Part shown: positions 39,976 to 48,460 of the stretch, in pieces
How positions within the stretch are numbered: the first letter of the stretch is position 1
How the letters are laid out: every line of letters starts with the position of its first letter
Source: an uncultured bacterium
GTDB taxonomy: Bacteria; Zixibacteria; MSB-5A5; CAIYYT01
Assembly: GCA_903930455.1 (NCBI GenBank)
Contig: CAIYYT010000193.1
Coordinates: 7,762 to 71,761, forward strand
DNA length: 64,000 nucleotides
Direction: 5' to 3'
Position numbers and translations under genes: made by a program
The notes under the pieces: generated by a model
Database searches by the model: none
What the model saw: the letters and a program-made list of their open reading frames with translations, nothing else
What the model was told of the DNA's origin: nothing

Positions 39976-41124
39976 ATGAAAAAACTGATGATGCTCATTC
40001 TTTCCGGGTTGGTGGCGATTCTTCTGCTGCAGGTGATAGGCTGCGAAGGTAATGCCGGCAAACGCGGCACTATCGGTGACCCCGGAGACACCGGCGATCC
40101 TTACAGCCAACCGGTTCCCGATAACCGCTATTTCGCGCTGGCCATAGGCAACAATAGCGTTGTTGCTCACAACGGCGCACCCAAACTCTATCTTGTTTTC
40201 GACACCCTTCATGCTAACGCCGGCGACACAGTGGTTTGTCAGCGTCTGACCGGCAGCAACGTGCCCGAAGTCGACGGTATTGATGGTGGCAGCGCTGAAT
40301 GGAACGACAAGTATACTGACATTGTCTTGCGCAAGGGAGCGCTCTATGACAACAAAATCGAAACGGCGCGCGTTCGAGCGGCCTACGACGAAAACTACAT
40401 TTACTTTCAGGTAAAATGGACTGAGGTTACCGATTCGGCGCTCGGCTTGGCTGTGGCCGAAGACCTCTATCCCAGCAAATGGGTTTTTGACTCGCTCGTT
40501 GCACCGCTGAAGTGGAGCAAAGTTGTCATGGGGGATGAAGACAGGGTGATGTTGATGTTCGAAATCACGCCACTCGATTGGTTTGAACACGACGGTTGCA
40601 CGGTGACCTGCCATGCCGGCACCGAGACCGCTAACATTCCAGGGACAAACTACCACAGCACGAAAAGTGCGCAGGCCAAAATGGATATCTGGAGTTGGTC
40701 CTCCGTCACTTCCAATCCGACCGGTTATGCGGACGACAAATATATGGATGGAACCGGTCAGATTCCGGACGCGTTTGAAGTGCTCAAATACACGGATGGC
40801 ATCAAGGGAGATATTGGTCGGGCGACTTCGATGTCTAACTTGTTCTTTGTATACACTACTACCGACACTTCGGCCTACCGTCCGCTATATCTGTCGGCGA
40901 CCGATCCTGACTCGATCGCCACCTATCCCCTCTGGGATTGGCAGATCACTACGTACACAGTTACGGGTTGGCGCCTGGGATTTGCGGTTCCGACTTTCGT
41001 AACCACAGTCCCGACTCTAAGTCGCGCGGATATCATGTCGCGTGGCAAGTTTGATAATGGCACTTGGACTGTCGAGTTTAGGCGTCTGCGCGCCACCGGC
41101 AACGGAGATGATACCAAGTTCTAA
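39976..41124 (+). CDS. lipoprotein paralog 3: collagen-like G-X-Y stalk + DOMON/CBM9-like domain
   Basis: Lipobox VIGCEG, then GNAGKRGTIGDPGDTGDP. Conserved VDGIDGGSAEWN, RAAYDENYIYFQVKWTEVT and FDNGTWTVEFRRLRATGNGDD. Confidence 0.65.
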   Translation: MKKLMMLILSGLVAILLLQVIGCEGNAGKRGTIGDPGDTGDPYSQPVPDNRYFALAIGNNSVVAHNGAPKLYLVFDTLHANAGDTVVCQRLTGSNVPEVDGIDGGSAEWNDKYTDIVLRKGALYDNKIETARVRAAYDENYIYFQVKWTEVTDSALGLAVAEDLYPSKWVFDSLVAPLKWSKVVMGDEDRVMLMFEITPLDWFEHDGCTVTCHAGTETANIPGTNYHSTKSAQAKMDIWSWSSVTSNPTGYADDKYMDGTGQIPDAFEVLKYTDGIKGDIGRATSMSNLFFVYTTTDTSAYRPLYLSATDPDSIATYPLWDWQITTYTVTGWRLGFAVPTFVTTVPTLSRADIMSRGKFDNGTWTVEFRRLRATGNGDDTKF

Positions 41125-41140
41125 GACGATGTCGTGATCG

Positions 41141-41206
41141 GCTGATTCTCAATCAGCAGACTCGAATACACAAGGCCGTTGTTCAATCCGAACAACGGCC
41201 TTTTGC
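41141..41206 (+). repeat. repeated approximately 65-nt 3' element (short hairpin + terminator hairpin), copy A
   Basis: gctgattctcaatcagc agactcgaatacacaaggccgttgttcaatccgaacaacggcctttt, near-identical over the first 40 nt to 44431-44495. Confidence 0.55.
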
Positions 41207-41843
41207 TTTGCGCCTGCCACAATAGGTTCCGTCAGCGAACTTGTCGGGACTGTTGAAAGACTGTTGTCGCCATGAATGTCGCGACTAAAGTCGCTCCTAC
41301 AGCTATTTGACACGGGCTGCTAACGTGGCTTGTAGGAGCTACTTCAGTCGAGACCCGCTTCCTCTGACACAACTGCGTCACTCAGCGCAACAGTGTTAGC
41401 GAGGTGTTTTCAACAGTCCCTTTGTGGAGCGCGTTGGGGAAAGGGTTCCCGATGGCGCATGAAATAATCTCTCTTTTCGTAGTTTCTTCTTGACTTTGCG
41501 GGGAGCATCCACTTTTACTGGTTATTAAGGGGCCGGTGACGCCAGTTCTTTTGACAACCCATTGAGTATAGCGGCTAGACAGAATCAATACTCGTGACCG
41601 CCTGAGGTTCACGTTCGGCTATTGGCGTGTGGCCTCTGTCGAGGGTTTGCTTATGCTAGTGTCACGCGCTGTGGGCCGGGGTCCTCCGCCGCTATTCGGA
41701 AAAGAAGTGCTTTGGCGAATGCACAAAATGAAGTTATTAACGTCCGTAACAACGGAGGAATTTGGTGCGGGCTGGGGTGTGCTTTTTTTGCGGCCCGCGC
41801 CCGAGGATAGCTTAATCTTACACTCTGAATGGGAGAGAAATAG

Positions 41844-42293
41844 ATGAAAACCCAAAACCTTAACATGTTGAGGACAGTAGTACTTCGACCAATGGCAGGC
41901 AGACTCGCCTCGTTCGTGGCGATACTGGTTCATCGATTGGGATTCGACAGGAAGCAGACCCCTGCGTACAGTTTGCTACTTTGCTTTGTCTTAGCAACTG
42001 CGGTCGCGTGGGCTGTGGGCTGCAATGAAAAGGGCGACTGGGGTAGCTCAATCAGCGGGATTGTTCTGGACAGCATCTCACAGGCGCCCCTCGACAGCGC
42101 TTGGGTTAGCACATCAGAAAACCGCGAAGCCCGCTATACCGATAGCACTGGGAGTTTCAGCTTGGCGACCTTCGGAAGACCACATCGCATTTTTGCCGGT
42201 AAAGCGGGATACCGTACGAAAACTCAGTCAATCCCCGGAACGAATCTCGATGTCAAGGGAGTGAGGATCGAGTTGGCGCCGGAAACGCTATGA
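41844..42293 (+). CDS. carboxypeptidase-regulatory-like domain lipoprotein
   Basis: AVGCNE lipobox after a long N-terminal leader (start uncertain). ISGIVLDSISQAPLDSAWVS...YTDSTGSFSL is typical of the CarbopepD_reg β-sandwich fold. Confidence 0.5.
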   Translation: MKTQNLNMLRTVVLRPMAGRLASFVAILVHRLGFDRKQTPAYSLLLCFVLATAVAWAVGCNEKGDWGSSISGIVLDSISQAPLDSAWVSTSENREARYTDSTGSFSLATFGRPHRIFAGKAGYRTKTQSIPGTNLDVKGVRIELAPETL

Positions 42294-42374
42294 GTCCGTT
42301 TGGTCGGGCGCTTGCCTGTCAGGTCGTATGTTTCTGGAACGAACGCGAGGCAATTGCGCGTTAAAGGAGGATTT

Positions 42375-44390
42375 GTGTTTAAACAAGGTCTATTATTGTT
42401 GTTCGTAGTTTGTGTGGCATGGTGTTCACTGCAAGCTGAACGAAGACTGTCGTACCTCGAATTGAACTGCCAAACGTTTGCGGAGATGGCTCCGATCATT
42501 GATTCGCTACAAATGACGGGTCTCAACGTAGTTCACATATTTCCGCCACAGGCAGTAATAGTCGAGGCAGGGGATATTGACGTGCCAGCGATGCAGTCTA
42601 ATTCCATGATAAGATTGGCGGTACGTGACCTTTCGTCTGCCACAGTGACATCCACCAAGCCGGCAAACGAACTCGCATTCGCCGCATGGAAATACATCAC
42701 CGATCCGGCGAATGCCACCGACGGTCTGCGCGATTCATCAGCGCGATTGCTGAATTGTCAGGATGACTTTTCAGACATCCCGCTCAATCTAACTGATCAA
42801 CCTCCTCTCCGTGCTCCAATGATGTCTCCCACCGGCATGATAACGGGAAATTTTATGTTAGGCAGGATTGCAGTTAAGATGGTTTTAATGGAGAGCAGCG
42901 GCCCGGCAGAGAATTGGGGTCCTGTCTTCGAGAACAAGACGGTCTCGGAGATCGTGCAAGGTTTGGACTGGCTTTCCTCTCAAGCTGAGCGGCGCGGGCA
43001 GCGGGTTTCTTGGGTATATGACGTTTCCCTGGGTGTCCCCACCGATTTTGAGCCGATTCAAGAACACTCCGTTCCCTACTATAGCGCTATCTGGCCGCCG
43101 CTCAGTTGGGAGTTCAAGTGGCTCGATGATGCATTTTCGTATCTTGGCTTTTCATCAGAATGGGACGGCGCATTTGCTTTGGCAAACTACATGCGTCGAA
43201 TCTATCAGGCAAACTGGGGCTTCTCGGTGTTCGTCGCCATGGACAATAACGATCCGGATCACAAGTTTACGGATGGCAAGTATGCCAAGGTCGAACATTT
43301 CGTAGAGTGGTCGGGCACAAACATAACCAAATGGCCAGGCTGTGTGGTCGTCATGACTTACAACAATGGCGGAATTGGTCCAAACTACATGGACGAAGTA
43401 CTCAGGCATGAGGTCGGGCACATTTTCCGCGCCGCGGATGAGTATGAGGAGGCCGACGATTGTCACAGCAGCGCCTGCGATGATGCCTATGGCTACCTCC
43501 GAGTAGACAACGGCAATTGCGAAGTGTGCAATCCGAACTCCGTCGATTGCTCCATGAAGTTCAACGACTCAGTGCTGTGCGACTACAGCGTTGGTCAACT
43601 TGGCTGGCGGGACACGACGGGCGATGGCGTGTCAGACGCCATTCAACCAAGCAATGGTGGCTGGATGTCCGTCCCAAATCTCAATCTTGGTGACTTGGTA
43701 CGCATCTACACCGTCGCTGATGACTTCGTCAACCTGATCGCGGTTACATCGGATAACATGGCCACACAACCCGCCAACTATGTCATCTGGGACGGCCACA
43801 ACTATGATGATCAGGCTTGCGCACCTGGTGGGTACAAGGTGACCATCAACAACGGCGGGCAATTTCAGAGGCAGCTGCATGGTAATGACCCGGTCACCCC
43901 CGCCTTTACTGGCATTAGCTACACCTACACCAGCGGTAATCTAAATTGGAGCCTCAGCGGTAGTTTCGCCTATGTCCGTTGCTTCATCTACAATGCGTCC
44001 AACAACCTGATCGCTCGCCCGATCTGGGACAAACTGTATTCGGCTAATTATCCGCAGTCGCTTGATGTGCACTTTCTTCCGCCAGGGCAGACTTACACCG
44101 CCAGATTCTTCGGTTGGTGCCCAGATGGCGGCAAGTCACAAACTGTGAACTACAGCTTTGCGCCGTGCACTTCCTGCGGTGACGCCAACAGCGACAACTC
44201 GATTGACTTGTCCGACGTGGTGTTCCTGATAGCCTACATCTATTCAGGTGGTGCTGCTCCGGGAGACTGCAACTACCCACGGGGCAAGGGGGACGCCAAC
44301 GGCGACGGCACCGTGGATATCTCTGACGTGACCTACCTGATTGCGCGCATCTTTTCCGGTGGTCCAGCGCCGCACTGCTACGGGCTGTAA
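42375..44390 (+). CDS. secreted HExxH (zincin-like) protein with a C-terminal dockerin-type double repeat
   Basis: GTG start after AAAGGAGGA. Signal peptide. LRHEVGHIFRAADEYEE zinc motif. C-terminal GDANSDNSIDLSDVVFLIAYIYSGG and GDANGDGTVDISDVTYLIARIFSGG calcium-loop repeats. ORF opens at 42300. Confidence 0.6.
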   Translation: MFKQGLLLLFVVCVAWCSLQAERRLSYLELNCQTFAEMAPIIDSLQMTGLNVVHIFPPQAVIVEAGDIDVPAMQSNSMIRLAVRDLSSATVTSTKPANELAFAAWKYITDPANATDGLRDSSARLLNCQDDFSDIPLNLTDQPPLRAPMMSPTGMITGNFMLGRIAVKMVLMESSGPAENWGPVFENKTVSEIVQGLDWLSSQAERRGQRVSWVYDVSLGVPTDFEPIQEHSVPYYSAIWPPLSWEFKWLDDAFSYLGFSSEWDGAFALANYMRRIYQANWGFSVFVAMDNNDPDHKFTDGKYAKVEHFVEWSGTNITKWPGCVVVMTYNNGGIGPNYMDEVLRHEVGHIFRAADEYEEADDCHSSACDDAYGYLRVDNGNCEVCNPNSVDCSMKFNDSVLCDYSVGQLGWRDTTGDGVSDAIQPSNGGWMSVPNLNLGDLVRIYTVADDFVNLIAVTSDNMATQPANYVIWDGHNYDDQACAPGGYKVTINNGGQFQRQLHGNDPVTPAFTGISYTYTSGNLNWSLSGSFAYVRCFIYNASNNLIARPIWDKLYSANYPQSLDVHFLPPGQTYTARFFGWCPDGGKSQTVNYSFAPCTSCGDANSDNSIDLSDVVFLIAYIYSGGAAPGDCNYPRGKGDANGDGTVDISDVTYLIARIFSGGPAPHCYGL

Positions 44391-44430
44391 CTCTCGTCGG
44401 TCGAGACTCCGTGGTTTGACTCACGCTCTT

Positions 44431-44495
44431 GCTGATTTGCAATCAGCAGACTCGAATAGACAAGGCCGTTGATCCTTCCTGACAACGACCCTTTT
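44431..44495 (+). repeat. repeated approximately 65-nt 3' element, copy B
   Basis: gctgatttgcaatcagc agactcgaatagacaaggccgttgatccttcctgacaacgaccctttt. Confidence 0.55.
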
Positions 44496-44669
44496 CTTTG
44501 GTTATTCGCTATTCGGCATCCTTACAATCAATATTCTCCACACCGCGCAAATCCGTTTCCTGTCGCAATTTCCACTTGCCATTTGCCTGTGCTTTGCTTA
44601 TCCTTTCTTGGGTTATCCATATTCGATTCGCGCCCATGTTGCGCGGGTGTATATCTGAATGGGCAAAAC

Positions 44670-45239
44670 ATGCTTCTAAAGAGCCGCGACATTTATCTAC
44701 GATTCCTCCGAAAAACCGACGCGGCTAGCCTTCACGCCGCAATTAAGGAGAACCGGAGCGAGTTTGAAAAATACGTCTTCGGCTCGACGCACCTGCACTC
44801 GTTGCGGGTGGACCAGATGATCGAGCGCGCCAAGCTTCAGCGAGGAAAGCGACAGGAATATTTCTTTGGAATCTTCGCAGCAGAAGACAAGCAGCTTGTC
44901 GGCTATGTCAATCTGTATGGTATCAGTCAGGGGATTCGCTCGGGTGAGGTCGGCTTTTCGGTGCGAGCCTCGCAAACCGGTAAGGGGATCGCCACAACAG
45001 CCACTGCTCTGATTGTACTTTTTGGTTTCAAGGAGCTAAAGTTGCATAAGATCGTGCTTCGCACCGTCCACAACAATTTTGCCGCATGGCGGATTGCCGA
45101 AAAAATCGGCTTCGTCCAAGATGGCATTCAGTGTTCGAGACTACGCTGGGAGAATCTCAGATGCTACAGCATGCTTGAGACCGAATTCCGCCAACTGAAG
45201 CCGAAAATCACCAGGCTGGCCGCCGGCAAGAAAGACTGA
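44670..45239 (+). CDS. GNAT-family N-acetyltransferase (RimL/RimJ-like)
   Basis: MLLKSRDIYLRFLRKTDAASLHAAIKENRSEFEKYVFG...GYVNLYGI...GFSVRASQTGKGIAT is the RimL-like GNAT pattern. ORF opens at 44469. Confidence 0.65.
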   Translation: MLLKSRDIYLRFLRKTDAASLHAAIKENRSEFEKYVFGSTHLHSLRVDQMIERAKLQRGKRQEYFFGIFAAEDKQLVGYVNLYGISQGIRSGEVGFSVRASQTGKGIATTATALIVLFGFKELKLHKIVLRTVHNNFAAWRIAEKIGFVQDGIQCSRLRWENLRCYSMLETEFRQLKPKITRLAAGKKD

Positions 45240-45299
45240 CAGGTTCTGTCAGGGGTAGGACATAGATTAGCGATTGATCTGAGACGATAAGGAGCTTCA

Positions 45300-46838
45300 A
45301 TGCTTGCTAAAGTCATTTCGTCCGCGGTTCTGGGGATTGATGCTTACAAAGTGGAAGTTGAAGCCGATATCACGCCGCAACTCCCCGCTTTCGCGACCGT
45401 CGGTCTTCCCGACGGCGCGGTGAAAGAATCCAAAGAGAGAGTGCAGTCGGCGATCAAGAATTCCGAGTTCATTTTCCCCAACAAGAAGGTAACGATCAAT
45501 CTGGCTCCGGCGGACATTCGCAAAGAGGGGTCGGCGTTTGATCTGCCAATGGCTATCGGCATTCTCGCCGCCACGGGGCAGATCATGCGCGAGACCTTTG
45601 ATGACCTGGTCATGCTTGGCGAATTATCCCTCGACGGTACGCTCAAACCGATCCCCGGGGTGCTGCCGATGGCGATGAACATCCACAAGAATGGCATCCG
45701 CGGCATGATCGTCCCGCGCGAAAATGCTTCCGAGGCCGCCATGGCGGAAGGTCTGGAGGTCTATCCGGTCGGCTCCCTTCGGGAGGCGGTTGCTTTTCTC
45801 GAAGACGAACGGCTGGTTGCTCCGTTCAAGATTGATATGAAAGCGGTCTTTAATACCGCGCGCCAATATACGATCGACTTTGCCGAGGTCAAAGGTCAGG
45901 AGTCCACCAAACGCGCACTAGAAATTGCCGCCGCCGGTGGACACAACATCATTCTCGTCGGTCCTCCCGGCTCCGGCAAGACCATGTTGGCGCGTCGTCT
46001 GCCAACGATCTTGCCCGATATGACTCTGGAGGAAGCGTTGGAAACCACCAAGATTCACTCTGTTGCGGGCATTCTTCCTGCCGACACGCCGCTGATTGCC
46101 ACTCGTACATTTCGCTCACCGCATCACACGATCAGCGATGCCGGCCTGATTGGCGGCGGTCGCATTCCGAGACCGGGTGAAGTGTCTCTCTCTCATAATG
46201 GCGTGTTGTTCCTCGATGAACTGCCGGAGTTTCGCAAGGATGTCCTCGAGATGTTGCGTCAACCGCTTGAGGACGGCTTCGTCACGATTTCCCGCGCTAT
46301 GACTTCACTGACCTATCCATGCAAGCTCATGCTCGCCGCTGCCATGAATCCCTGTCCTTGTGGCTACTATGGCGACATCACCCACGAATGCAGTTGCACA
46401 CCGGTACAGATGCAGAAATATCACAGTCGCATCTCGGGACCACTGCTTGACCGGATTGACATTCACATCGAAGTCCCCGCAGTCAAGTACAAGGAACTGG
46501 CCGACACGACATTGGCAGAAAAATCGGAACTCATTCGGGAACGGGTCAATGCAGCGCGTCAGCACCAGCACGAACGCTTCGCCGGACACAAGCATATCCA
46601 TTGCAATGCGCACATGGAATCCAAAGACATCCGCGATTTCTGCCCGCTGGACGAAAAATCACACGATCTGCTACGTACGGCGATCGGCAGGCTCGGTCTT
46701 TCGGCGCGAGCCTACGACCGCATTATCAAAGTCGCCCGCACTATTGCAGATATCGATGGTATCGCCAACATCCAAGCCGCGCACATTGGCGAGGCGATTC
46801 AGTATCGGAGTCTGGATAGAAATCTGTGGATGAATTGA
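45300..46838 (+). CDS. comM: YifB/ComM-family Mg-chelatase-like AAA+ ATPase
   Basis: N-terminal Lon-like domain. Walker [19 protein letters not shown], and a C-terminal Mg-chelatase subunit ChlI region. Confidence 0.9.
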   Translation: MLAKVISSAVLGIDAYKVEVEADITPQLPAFATVGLPDGAVKESKERVQSAIKNSEFIFPNKKVTINLAPADIRKEGSAFDLPMAIGILAATGQIMRETFDDLVMLGELSLDGTLKPIPGVLPMAMNIHKNGIRGMIVPRENASEAAMAEGLEVYPVGSLREAVAFLEDERLVAPFKIDMKAVFNTARQYTIDFAEVKGQESTKRALEIAAAGGHNIILVGPPGSGKTMLARRLPTILPDMTLEEALETTKIHSVAGILPADTPLIATRTFRSPHHTISDAGLIGGGRIPRPGEVSLSHNGVLFLDELPEFRKDVLEMLRQPLEDGFVTISRAMTSLTYPCKLMLAAAMNPCPCGYYGDITHECSCTPVQMQKYHSRISGPLLDRIDIHIEVPAVKYKELADTTLAEKSELIRERVNAARQHQHERFAGHKHIHCNAHMESKDIRDFCPLDEKSHDLLRTAIGRLGLSARAYDRIIKVARTIADIDGIANIQAAHIGEAIQYRSLDRNLWMN

Positions 46839-47716
46839 TGAGCAGATACACCGAGAAACGCGACATAGAGACATTCAAATATCTCCTGAAGGAATCAGTC
46901 ATTGCCGAGAACCTCATTTCCGGCGAAAGCTTCGACCAGCCTACCTGTTTCGCGCACGGCTATTTCACAAGACAGGTTCTGACCTGCACGACACTCTTGA
47001 CGATCTTCGAAGGAGCGAGACTGGATAGGTTCATGACGGTACAGATGACAGGCTCTCCTCTGGGCGACGTAATATTCGACTACTCAACTGCGGAGGTCTT
47101 AGTCAGAGTTCTTTACGAAACCTATCTCAGAATGTACTTCATAGCCGATCCGAAAGTTAGCAGCGGTGAGAAGGCATTTCGCGCGAAACTACTGGAGTTA
47201 CACGCTGCAAAGAAACGGCTGAAGCTGGTTCGGATCACTAGCCCCGAGAGCTGTCGGCTGGGGGAGCTTCAGTCGGCTTATGAGACTCTCAGGGCTAGGG
47301 TCACATCGTCGGAGCTCTTCGCAGGATTGGCCAAGGACGCGAAGGGATTTCTTACCAGCGATACACAACCTCGAATGCTTTGGCCTTCCATTATTACTGA
47401 GATCCGTGAGGCGGTTGGTATTTCGGATAGTTATTACAAATCGCTGTATGAGTACTCCAGCGAATACATTCATTCCGATGGTCTTGCGCTTCAACAGGTT
47501 CAGGCGGTGAAGAGTCAGATGGACTGTATTGCTTTGATGCGTAGCCCTGTTGGCAATGCGATTGTATTTCTTGCAAGTTCGCTCCATCTTCTGACTCAAG
47601 TTTCTCCGAAGGTTGCTGAACACATTTCGCGGGAAAGAGAACTATACTACGTGATGACTTTCTGGAATGATTTTCGGAGTCTTTTCGATCCGGGCCAGAC
47701 TCCCACGAAAGAGTAG
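46826..47716 (+). CDS. hypothetical all-alpha protein, start overlapping the comM stop by 13 nt
   Basis: 296 aa with no recognisable motif. Somewhat lower GC than comM by eye. Confidence 0.5.
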   Translation: MDELMSRYTEKRDIETFKYLLKESVIAENLISGESFDQPTCFAHGYFTRQVLTCTTLLTIFEGARLDRFMTVQMTGSPLGDVIFDYSTAEVLVRVLYETYLRMYFIADPKVSSGEKAFRAKLLELHAAKKRLKLVRITSPESCRLGELQSAYETLRARVTSSELFAGLAKDAKGFLTSDTQPRMLWPSIITEIREAVGISDSYYKSLYEYSSEYIHSDGLALQQVQAVKSQMDCIALMRSPVGNAIVFLASSLHLLTQVSPKVAEHISRERELYYVMTFWNDFRSLFDPGQTPTKE

Positions 47717-47815
47717 TCGCGCAGGTCGGTGTTCCGAAGGGTAGTTGAATAGGGCAGTTCGCGTATCTCATTAAGAATGCTGGCGAAGTTACCGCGGATC
47801 AAATCGCACTGAGTG

Positions 47816-47866
47816 AGAAACCCGACATTTTTTCTTGATGTATCGTTTGTGATGTCGGGTTTCTCG
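47816..47866. repeat. perfect 14-bp inverted repeat with a 23-nt loop
   Basis: gagaaacccgacat-(23 nt)-atgtcgggtttctc lies in the intergenic region between 47716 and 48039. Confidence 0.55.
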
Positions 47867-48038
47867 TCCCGTGGTCTGTGGAAAGCGTGTCGCCTTGTTG
47901 ATGTGGGTGCGATCGGAGAACGCTTCGCAATGCTTGCATGGGACTCGGAACACCGACCTACGAGCTTAGCATTTCCCTTGGCACGCCATTAAACATCGTG
48001 TATCATGCTGCCGAAATCACTCATGGTAGGAGGGTACT

Positions 48039-48335
48039 ATGAAGACGTTCATTTTGATGACCAAGTTGTCGCCGGAGTTTATCAAGAATCCGAAGACACG
48101 CGCTGCCAAAGGTCGTGTCTGGCTCGACAAGGTCAAGAAGAGTTGTCCCAAGGTCAAATTCATCAGCCACTACGCGCTGCTGGGGAATTTCGATTTCCTC
48201 GACATCTACGAAGCACCTGATGAGGAAACCGCCGCCAAGGTGTCACTAATCAGTTTGGCTAACGGCGCCACTGCGGCAGAAAGCTGGACAGCGATACCAT
48301 ACAAGCGGTATCTCAAGGTCATCAAGGACATATAG
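48039..48335 (+). CDS. GYD-domain protein
   Basis: HYALLGNFDFLDIYEAPDEETAAKVSL matches the GYD signature. Extended -10 (TGTATCAT) about 30 nt upstream. Confidence 0.75.
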   Translation: MKTFILMTKLSPEFIKNPKTRAAKGRVWLDKVKKSCPKVKFISHYALLGNFDFLDIYEAPDEETAAKVSLISLANGATAAESWTAIPYKRYLKVIKDI

Positions 48336-48460
48336 GCCAGGGAATGATTGGCCATTGAACAAGTTCCGCTTCTATCCGTATTCTATCAAGACACGTGAGG
48401 CAGATTGCGTCTGTTGTGCGGATGATTTCGGCAAGATATTGACATCGTGAGGTTGCTCCA

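Noticed and set aside
40600-40625. CTVTCH in lipoprotein paralog 3 as a possible CXXXCH heme-binding site
   Set aside because: It is not conserved in paralogs 1 and 2 at the aligned position, and canonical CXXCH is absent. It is probably incidental.
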